This document shows positions 1 to 7,581 of a stretch of 32,000 bases of DNA, piece after piece. Location: contig NZ_RSDW01000001.1 in the NCBI RefSeq assembly GCF_003945235.1, forward strand, positions 4,830,001 to 4,862,000, read 5' to 3'. The stretch is from Edaphobacter aggregans. Its GTDB lineage: Bacteria > Acidobacteriota > Terriglobia > Terriglobales > Acidobacteriaceae. Made by a program: the position numbers and the translations under genes. The notes under the pieces were generated by a model. That model was given only the letters and a program-made list of their open reading frames with translations, searched no databases and had not been told where the DNA came from. Position 1 is the first letter of the stretch, and each line of letters starts with the position of its first letter.

Positions 1-407
1 TTTCCAATGTGGGTGAGTCTCGTCTGGCCGTTCCCGAGATCCTCAAAGATGGTCACGTCGTACGCACCGTCGATGGCCTCATGTTCTATTCCTAATTCCG
101 CAAGGTCAATCTTGTTTCCCTTCGAGTCGGAAAAGTACATGGAGGAAACGATCTTTTCGTACGGAACAATCTCGTGGTATTCAACCGCATTCCAGCCCTC
201 CTGCCCATCCGGCGCCTTCATGCAGCAGAGAAGTTTTCCTCCCACGCGAAAATCCATCTTGCAAACAGGCGCAGTAAAGCCCTTCGGTCCCCACCACTGC
301 ATGATGTACTTCGGGTCTGTCCACGCCTTCCAAACCAACTCGCGTGGGGCATCAAAAACTCGTGTCACAACCATCCGCTCAATTTCGTTAACCGTGTTTT
401 CTGTCAT
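1..407 (-). CDS. SRPBCC / AHSA1-like (activator of Hsp90 ATPase homolog 1-like) domain protein, partial (C-terminus runs off the left window edge)
   Basis: Absent from the ORF track because it is open at the window edge. My reverse-strand translation from ATG 407..405 gives MTENTVNEIERMVVTRVFDAPRELVWKAWTDPKYIMQWWGPKGFTAPVCKMDFRVGGK... The F-x-AP-x-E-x-VW-x-A-x-TDP and WWGPKGF patterns are typical of AHSA1/SRPBCC proteins, which are commonly paired with ArsR regulators. The start overlaps the upstream ArsR-like gene by 20 nt. Confidence 0.8.
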   Translation of the reverse strand, partial: MTENTVNEIERMVVTRVFDAPRELVWKAWTDPKYIMQWWGPKGFTAPVCKMDFRVGGKLLCCMKAPDGQEGWNAVEYHEIVPYEKIVSSMYFSDSKGNKIDLAELGIEHEAIDGAYDVTIFEDLGNGQTRLTHIG

Positions 408-741
408 CTCTGACCTCCTCTTTTTTCATTTGCTTCACAACCTCTTCCAGCTTGTCGAAACTCTCTTCCCAGAACCGGCGATAGCTAAACGCCCAGTCGC
501 TGACCGTCTTAATCGCCTCTGGTCTAAGCGTGCACACACTCTCTCGTCCACGCTTCGTCTTGATCACAATCCGCGCCCGCACCAGGTAGGCGATATGTTT
601 TGAAATCATCTGCTGTGAGAGTGCAAACGGTTCCGTCAATCCATGCACAGAGGCAGGCCCACGTGAGAGGCGCTCGATCATTGCCCTACGGGTGGGATCA
701 GACAAAGCCGCGAATGTTGTATTCAAACTATCCACAACCAT
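388..741 (-). CDS. ArsR/SmtB family winged-helix transcriptional regulator
   Basis: 117-aa ORF. FAALSDPTRRAMIERLSRGPASVHGLTEPFALSQQMISKHIAYLVRARIV matches the ArsR-family HTH pattern (L-x-D-P-T-R-x-x-I-L, recognition helix S-Q-x-x-S-K-H-L). It forms an operon with the SRPBCC gene. Confidence 0.9.
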   Translation of the reverse strand: MVVDSLNTTFAALSDPTRRAMIERLSRGPASVHGLTEPFALSQQMISKHIAYLVRARIVIKTKRGRESVCTLRPEAIKTVSDWAFSYRRFWEESFDKLEEVVKQMKKEEVRDDRKHG

Positions 742-753
742 ATGGTTGTGGAT
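730..753. promoter_or_regulatory. 24-bp perfect palindrome ATCCACAACCATATGGTTGTGGAT, candidate ArsR autoregulatory operator
   Basis: Verified base by base as its own reverse complement. The centre CATATG contains the ArsR start codon (741..739). A perfect TTGACA hexamer on the minus strand lies at 770..765. Confidence 0.5.
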
Positions 754-1586
754 GCTCGGTCAATTGTCAAGTGCAAATTTTGCGATCACTGATTTCTGTT
801 CCTTGATCTGTGAACCCCGATAGCGCTGATTTTTGCTTCCCATGAGCAGCGTCAGCATGGTTTAGGATTTCTGCTTGCTCGTGCAATTACTCATTAGCCC
901 TGACGGCTAAACTGCCAACTGCAACTGCGCAGGAGCGCAAGCCGACAGGGCTGTGGCGCTGGCATTAGGGGCCGAAAGAATGCGGGTTGCCTCTGGAAGC
1001 TGTTCTCGATGTATCACCGTCCCGTTGGGCAAGTGATCTTGCCAATTGACTCGCTACCATCTCCGGAATGAGGGATCAATCGCCAATGCACTCATCGACG
1101 ACGATCACGACGAGCTATTTCTTGCGAGTACGGCGCATCGCGCTGGTCGATGGAGCTATAAATCCAGCATCGCCCGGGCGAAAAGCAGGCCATGGAAATG
1201 ACAGAGTAGGGAAGGCATGGAAAGCCATGAAGCCGGCTTCCCACCCTTCCCACACTCTGTGGAAATCCCTTCGGAATTCCCACATACCCACGGCCTCGAC
1301 GACGGTATATATGTCTTCTCGTGCCCACTCAACTCGGAACCATCGCCACCGCAAGGGGCTTGTAACGGATGTCTCAGGTCCACAGCGTAACGCATGTCAC
1401 GTACACTCATCCCTGAGCGTACTTCGCACTTGCGTTACAAAACAGACCAAAGACATGGTTTACAGCGGAGCGCGACGGCGACGGTTTCTGAGCATTGGGT
1501 AACTCATGACCATGTTGTATTCCCTGGAAAGAGTCAGATCTTAGATCAACGTCTGCAGTTTTTGTCGGAGTTATCATAAGGAAGAG

Positions 1587-1764
1587 ATGTCGGTGATGGA
1601 CCTATGTCGCGCGTATGGGATCTCCCGTCCCACGGCCTATCGCTGGATCAATCGTTAGAACGAAACGGGGGCCAGAAGGACTCGTGGATCGCAGCCGGCG
1701 TTAGTGGCCACGAGAGCTGCCGAACCCAGCTGAAGAAATGTATGCCTTGAAACTCCGTTTCTAA
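1587..1764 (+). mobile_element. Degraded N-terminal (HTH) fragment of an IS481/IS3-like transposase
   Basis: An AAGGAAGAG Shine-Dalgarno precedes ATG 1587. Translation is MSVMDLCRAYGISRPTAYRWINR*, then after a frame change GPEGLVDRSRR*, then WPRELPNPAEEMYALKLRF*. This follows the usual IS481-type N-terminus (LC..YGISR.T.Y.W..R......GLEGL.DRSRRP...P......E..I..LR) but has two stops and one frameshift, and no DDE catalytic region follows. Confidence 0.5.
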
Positions 1765-1891
1765 TTCGACCATCGGTCCTCCTGATATGTTTGTGCTTAT
1801 GAATGAAATCAAATTTTTACAACTTCACGCCAGAGTTTCCGATAAAACAGTTTTCCCGGAACCATGGTGAACGCATCTCAGAACTAGAGGA

Positions 1892-4326
1892 CTATTGCCG
1901 GTTGAGAATCGCGTGGAGCAACGCCATCTCCACTTTTTTCTGGTCGGCTTGTGAAAGACTTGCCGGAGTTATATTGATTTCCACCTTGTTTACGACTCCG
2001 GGAAATCGGAACGGGGATTGGTAGTCAGCACTAACCGGGGATGTAGAGTCCATGCCGGTGTCGAAGGTTTCGTCGGCGGAAAACACCGCCCATTCTGTCT
2101 TGTCGACCCGGCCTTCTCCTACCTTTTTATCGTTGAGGTAGATGGTCACGAGTCCGCCCTTGCCGAGACCGCCGCCATCATATTTGAAGTCGACCCTAAC
2201 GATATTTTTGCCCGGTGTCACCGATGCCGACGAGGCGATTTTGTAGCGCTGTTGCGTGTACCAGTTGTACTCATAGGTCGGCTTTCCGTGTTTCAGATCG
2301 AGGGTCCAGCCACCGGAAGTTCCCCCAATGGCGCAGAGCACCATCAACGGTGCCGGTCTTCGGCACGTCGATAGTGGCCGTGATCGTATGCGACGCGTTC
2401 TTGGTGTTAGCCGAAGAACTCTCTGGAATGTGCCCGGTTCCGCTGTAGTAGACAAAATTTGTACGTCCGGCAACCAGACTTGGGAGAAGCCGAATGTCAG
2501 CGCGTTCGGCGAAACGGTCGTCTAGCGGGAGCACCTGATACTTTTTTGCCTCGGTCAGAAAGTCGGCCTGTAACTCTTTGAGTTTGCCCGGATTCTGTGC
2601 GGCGACATTATTCGATTCGCTGTAATCCTTCGTTAGGTCATAGAGTTCCCAGGTGTCCTTATCGAAATCAAAGGAACAAGGGTGATCCATGGCAAGCGAC
2701 CGTGGCGGTATACCGCAATCCAACCATCTTTGTAGAGGGCCCGGTTGCCGAGCATCTCGAAATACTGGATGTGTCGCTGCTCGGCGGCGTTCGGGTCTTT
2801 AAAGGTGTAGAGCATGCTGATGCCTTCGATGGGCTTCTGCGTGACGCCATTCACTTCGGTCGGCTGCGGAATCCCTGCAGCCTCAAGAATGGTTGGAGCA
2901 TGTCGATGACATGCTGGAATTGCATGCGCTTTCCACCCGGATCGGCGATGTGCCCTGGCCAGGAGATGACTAGAGGGTTGCGCGTCCCGCCGAAATGTGA
3001 GGCGACCTGCTTGCCCCACTGGAAGGGCGTGTTGGCGGCCCAGACCCAGCCTACGGGAATGGGGTTGTAGGAGCTGGGTCCGCCGATTTCGTCGATATTC
3101 TTGAGGATGTAGGCAGGATCTTCTGCAATTCCGCCCATACTCGCGAATTCGTTGTAAGCACCGTACAGGGTGCCTTCCATCGATGATCCGTTGTCGCCGA
3201 TCTCCCAAAGTACCAACGTATCTTTGGTCGCTCCCATCTCATCCAACGCGTCGAGAACACGGCCAACCTCGTAGTCCGTTTGTGCAGTGTAGGCAGCGAA
3301 CGCTTCCATAAGACGAGCAGCGACGCGTTTACGGTCAGGAGTAAGTGAATCCCACGCAGGAATCTCAGCAGGGCGCGGTGTGAGCTTGGTGTCGGGTGGG
3401 ATGACACCTAGCTTCAGTTGGCGCTGATACGTCTCTTCGCGATACTTGTCCCAACCCTGATCGAATTGCCCTTTGAACTTGTCGATCCATTCCTTCGGTA
3501 CATGATGTGGTGCGTGCGTCGCTCCAGGCGCGTAGTAGACAAAAAAAGGCCTGTCTGGCGTAACGGACTTCTGGTTGTGGATGTAGGTGATGACCTCATC
3601 GGCGAGTGAGTCGTTGAGTGTGTAGTGGCCTTCGCGGCCCTTGGGAATCTCCATCTCAACGGGAGTAGTGTTCCTGTACAGCGGCGGCTGCCACTGGTTG
3701 GTCTCGCCACCGATGAAACCATAGAAATGCTCAAACCCTTGCAGCGACGGCCAACGATCATAAGGACCGGAGATGCTGGTTTCCCAGGACGCAATCTGAT
3801 GGTTCTTCCCAATATAGGCAGTGTTGTAGCCGTTCTGGCGAAGCGCCTCGGGGAACATCGCAGCATTCTTGGGTATTTGGCCAGAGTAGCCAGGGTACCC
3901 GTCGGCCATTTCCGTAATTACGCCCATGCCAACGGAATGATAGTTGCGTCCGGTTAACAGCGCAGCGCGAGTGGGCGAGCAGAGCGCGGTGGTGTGGAAT
4001 CGCAGGTAGCTGAGACCCGACTTGGCCAACCTGTCGAGATTAGGTGTCGGAACTTGACCACCAAAAGTTCCCCACTGGCCATACCCGGCATCGTCAATAA
4101 GGATCATTAGTACATTGGGAGCACCCTTCGGCGGATTGACGACGGCAATCTTGTCCGGCGTGGAATCTTTGTACGTTGTCCCAATGGTGCCTTTGAACTG
4201 AGGCGGCGGTTGCGGAAGAGTGTAGCCGTTATGGGAATCGTTTGTCGGTTGAGCCTGTTTGCAGGAGACGAGCGTACTTGCGAAACAGATACCGACGACG
4301 AATGAAGCAAGGCTAAACACCTTCAT
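1892..4326 (-). pseudogene. Arylsulfatase (Cys-type, lipoprotein), disrupted by three frameshifts
   Basis: An AAGGAGG RBS precedes ATG 4326. The N-terminus MKVFSLASFVVGICFASTLVSC has a lipobox. The sulfatase signature CSPTRAALLTGRNYH is present. Homology then continues through four frames: 2851..4356 (ends ...QFQHVIDM), 2633..3208 (PTILEAAGIPQP...GWIAVYRHGRLPW), 2271..2723 (DHPCSFDFDKDTWELYDL...ATIDVPKTGTVDG) and 1892..2473 (LCAIGGTSGGWTLDLKHGKP...). Frame changes fall near 2898, 2693 and 2340. Confidence 0.85.
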
Positions 4327-4407
4327 AGAGGAACCTCCTTGGGTGCGACGATTCACACTTCATTCGGGACAGATTGGCTTGGCTTGAGACCTGGTTTGAG
4401 TGACGAG

Positions 4408-5937
4408 CTACTGAATCAGCTCGATCTCTCCTGGCCTCCAGGTTTTGTCGAAGAATGGTTCCAACGGGCCATAGAACCGTACGATCGTGAACCAGCCTTT
4501 GCCCGGTACAGTCTGGCTCCAATTAGCTTCTTTACCCGCCGGCGCCTTAGGGCCGAAGTAGAGATCAACCGAGCCATCGGCGTTTGCGATGAGATGGTTT
4601 CGCTTGTTGTTCTTACTCGGGAACGGATCTGAGGTCTGAAGCTCGGAGCGCGTCTGCGGGTCATATAGCACCACAGACCAGAAATCCTTCGCTGGAACAT
4701 TCGCTGGGATATGCAGACGATAGTTCTTCGATCCGTCTAAGTAGTCTCCATCCGCATCCTGCCCGGTTGTGAGATATTGTGACCCGATGCCGGGAATCTT
4801 CAGAACCATCGCAGGCGTGTTGACCGTGGCCTGATAGAAGAACAGGGTGCGTGCATCCAGATTCCGTCCGCCAACGCCACCATCGATCAACCACTTGTAA
4901 TCACCGCCAACGAATGCGGTCTTCCATTGACTTTTTTCGTAGTAGTACGCCTCCGGATCGCGGGTCCGAAATGCGATGGCGCGTGCGGTTGCATTGCCGA
5001 CGGCGACGGCGTCGGTCAGAATGGCCTTCATCCGCGCGTCAGGCGCGAATGGCTTGTCTTTGCGGATGCCGATGCTGGCAAGGAGTCCGCGCAACTCCGG
5101 ATCAATGAAGTCAACCGGCTCCCTCGCGATAACCGTTGCGATCTCTTCGTAGAACACGTAGTTGTTCGCATGAATGGTGTTGTACGCCTTCGCCGATCCG
5201 TCGATAAACTGCATGGCGGGCGGGTGACTCGCAATCGATAGCGGGTAGATCTTTAGGCTGCTGCGGAACTGCGTGGCAGCGGAGTTCGGTTTCCCGTCAA
5301 CCAGAAATCCACGCAGAATGAGCCAATTCACGCTCGAGGGGGACCTGGCCACAAAATACCCCTTTGGAATGTCGCCCTTGTAGTCGTTAGGAACGATGAG
5401 GTATTTGCCGCCTTTGCCCTTGTCCGGTCCTGGAGCTCCCATGTCGATGACGAAACGGAAGTAAGCGTCATTGACTGTGCCTGGGCCGCATCCCGGTGGG
5501 ACCTCCACTACGATTGGACCTTCTTTCGCTAGGTCAAGAAACGCCGAGGCGTAGACAGTATCGGTATTGCCGGTGAGAAATAGAGGTGCCGAGTCCAGCA
5601 ACTCCTGCAAAAGCACGACTTGGTTCGAGCCGGTTGCGCCTAGTTCGACGTTTCCTCGGCGCAACGCCTCGACGGACGCCGCTGGAACGAAGTTTAAAAA
5701 GGCCTCGACACCCCGCATGAAATCCAGATTGTCATAAGCCTTTTGGGTCGTCTCTTTGTCGGGAAATCCATCGAAAAACTTGAGTGTGCCGATTCGTGTT
5801 TCGACATTGTCCGGCGTCATGATCTGCGGTGGAATCGGGTGATTGTAGCCGGGTGTGTTCTGCGCCCGCGCGGACGCAACACAAAGGGTGAGCGCAAGGC
5901 CAAGGTTAGTAATCGTGATTCTCTTCTCATGCAACAT
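4408..5937 (-). CDS. DUF1254/DUF1214 domain-containing secreted protein
   Basis: 522-aa ORF. The likely start is the internal ATG at 5937 (MLHEKRITITNLGLALTLCVASARAQ signal peptide, GGGAG upstream). TPDNVETRIGTLKFFDGFPDKETTQKAYDNLDFMRGVEAFLNFVPAASVEALRRG is the characteristic DUF1254 N-terminal block. The C-terminal half has the DUF1214-like ...NWSQTVPGKGWFTIVRFYGP. Confidence 0.85.
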   Translation of the reverse strand: MLHEKRITITNLGLALTLCVASARAQNTPGYNHPIPPQIMTPDNVETRIGTLKFFDGFPDKETTQKAYDNLDFMRGVEAFLNFVPAASVEALRRGNVELGATGSNQVVLLQELLDSAPLFLTGNTDTVYASAFLDLAKEGPIVVEVPPGCGPGTVNDAYFRFVIDMGAPGPDKGKGGKYLIVPNDYKGDIPKGYFVARSPSSVNWLILRGFLVDGKPNSAATQFRSSLKIYPLSIASHPPAMQFIDGSAKAYNTIHANNYVFYEEIATVIAREPVDFIDPELRGLLASIGIRKDKPFAPDARMKAILTDAVAVGNATARAIAFRTRDPEAYYYEKSQWKTAFVGGDYKWLIDGGVGGRNLDARTLFFYQATVNTPAMVLKIPGIGSQYLTTGQDADGDYLDGSKNYRLHIPANVPAKDFWSVVLYDPQTRSELQTSDPFPSKNNKRNHLIANADGSVDLYFGPKAPAGKEANWSQTVPGKGWFTIVRFYGPLEPFFDKTWRPGEIELIQ

Positions 5938-6335
5938 GATCCTAAGCTCCCGTCTTGAAGTGAAATGCCCGAGCATCCTACACAGCCAAGGTTGTGTCCA
6001 GACAACAATACGCGCCTACCTTGAAAAGGCGTCGACCCATGGATCACGCTCAGGGAATAAAGCGTTCTCCGTCGATCCCGCGGGGGAGACCACGACAACT
6101 CCTAAACTCCTAATTCTCACAGTTCCCTGAAATGTATGGTCCGCCGCGCGACTGCAAGGGAAAAGATAAGGCGATCGACAGGTCTGCGCAAATGTATTCG
6201 GCCTTTGGGTGGAGAGCGAAGTCTCCTGGCCATGATGAGTTGCGCTACCATAACAGCGGAAAGCAAATCTCTCCTCGACTTGCCGATCCAGTTGTTCCAC
6301 ATGGCGGTTGGCTATCATGGGTGCGGGAACGAACC

Positions 6336-6954
6336 ATGCCATCGAGATCCAAGCCGTCGACTCTCCGTGCAACGAAACAAGACGAAGCGACGTTTTCCGA
6401 GGTCGTCCGGCTGATTGCTGCCTCCCGCGAGAGGGCGTTCCAGGCGGTCAATACCGAGTTGATTGATCTCTACTGGCAGGTCGGCGGAATCATCAGCCGC
6501 AAGATTGAGGCGGCAGAATGGGGAGATGGGGTCGTCGAAGGACTCGCCGCCTACATTGCGAAGACGCAGCCCGGCTTACGTGGTTTTACCCGAGCTAACC
6601 TGTTCCGCATGAGGCAGTTCTACGAGATCTACCAAGCCGACGAAAAAGTCGTACCACCGGTGCGACAATTGCCGTGGTCGCATCACCTCAACATTCTGGG
6701 ACAGAGCAAACGTCCGGAAGAACGTGAATTCTATCTACGGCTTGCAAATCCAAGAGCGATGGAGCAGGCACGAGCTTGAACGTCAATTTCGCAGTGCGCT
6801 CTTCGAACGCGCAGTGCTCAGTCCGCCAAAAGTCTCGCCAGTGGTGCGACAAACACATCCCGAAGCGCTCAGCGTCTTCAAGGACGCTTACAACCTGGAA
6901 TTTCTCGGCCTCCCGCCGATCCATGCCGAAGCCGATCTACATCGCGGCCTGCTT
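6336..6954 (+). pseudogene. DUF1016 (YhcG-like, PDDEXK nuclease family) gene: frameshifted and 3'-truncated
   Basis: ATG at 6336. AFQAVNTELIDLYWQVGGIISRKIEAAEWGDGVVEGLAAYI...LFRMRQFYEIY...LPWSHHLNILGQSKRPEEREFYLRLA is the typical DUF1016 N-terminal half. A 1-nt insertion in the A-run 6746..6748 moves the continuation (IQERWSRHELERQFRSALFERAVLSPPKV...NLEFLGLPPIHAEADLHRGLL) to another frame. Similarity stops near 6954, before the PDDEXK nuclease core. Confidence 0.75.
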
Positions 6955-7483
6955 GTAGGGGATCCAAACCTCCATTGCGGTCTCTTCCCCGGTTGGCCCA
7001 AGCATAGTTCGGAATCAGATTCAAGGTAGAACGCATCTGCTCCGCCTTTGCCGCAGTGGCTGCAGAGAAATAGAGCCTGTGTCTGTCGCTGTACGGTTGA
7101 TTGCCCCTGATTGCCCCTGGATGAGCAAGTACCATCACCCCACCGAGCAGCTCCGAGTCGAAGTTCGCTGTCGTGTTCTCATTCAGATACACAGTGTAAT
7201 CGGCAAGATTCATTCCCTGCGCATGGTCGCTCTGATCCAGTTGTTCCATGGAGAACGCAATCGGTCCGCGCTGGAATGCAACTCTTGCACGCCCTTCCGT
7301 CACACCAAGGTTCGCCCTCAGTAGATCTGTCTTGCTTGCCTTCGGAGAATCCGTCTATTCCGGCTTAGTTGCAAGCATGGAGAGTGGGCCTGCACTCCTC
7401 GGCTGAGCATATGCAACGGCAGGAGGAATCATAGTAACTGCGGCGGAAGTGATAAACGTGCGACGGCGGAGCCGACATTTCAT
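6937..7483 (-). pseudogene. Remnant of a GH127/DUF1680-type (beta-L-arabinofuranosidase-like) gene: Tat signal peptide plus C-terminal ~135 aa only
   Basis: GGAG RBS and ATG at 7483. MKCRLRRRTFITSAAVTMIPPAVAYAQP is twin-arginine-signal-like. There is an in-frame TAG at 7357..7355. The same frame continues ...RVAFQRGPIAFSMEQLDQ...LLGGVMVL...RLYF...LNLIPNYAWAN. After a 1-nt frame change near 6988..6992 it reads GEETAMEVWIPY, with a stop at 6939..6937. RGP-x-x-Y/F-x-x-E and IPYYAWANRG-x-x-x-M-x-VW are typical GH127 C-terminal blocks. The ~450-aa catalytic middle is absent. Confidence 0.55.
7098..7117. repeat. Perfect 10-bp tandem duplication (TGATTGCCCC x2, followed by TG)
   Basis: Read directly: ggtTGATTGCCCCTGATTGCCCCtgg. 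It lies inside the GH127 remnant. Confidence 0.9.
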
Positions 7484-7581
7484 AGTAAGTGCTCCGGTGA
7501 AAATCCTAACCACTCGTTCTAGTCTCAAACTATCCGTCGTCAAAGTAAGCTTTGGCTGTAATGACGTCGCTAACTACTCGT

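Noticed and set aside
7-603. 198-aa plus-strand ORF at the left edge
   Set aside because: It is antisense to two genes with clear family signatures (SRPBCC and ArsR) and has no recognisable motifs. It is a shadow ORF.
1068-1502. Cluster of overlapping ORFs in several frames on both strands (1068..1502 +, 1092..1410 -). Some peptide strings (e.g. GKGGKPASWLSM, FHAFPTLSFPWP, SHIPTAST) vaguely recall short hypothetical proteins seen near IS elements.
   Set aside because: No frame is consistently coding, and I cannot tie the strings to a defined family from memory. I treat the region as decayed or non-coding sequence rather than calling genes.
6016-6372. Minus-strand ORFs whose peptides (NRHVEQL..., RDLLSAVMVAQLIMA) faintly resemble the C-terminal tail of IS5-type transposases
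   Set aside because: The two suggestive strings come from overlapping DNA in different frames, so they cannot both be real. The similarity is too short and weak to support a call.
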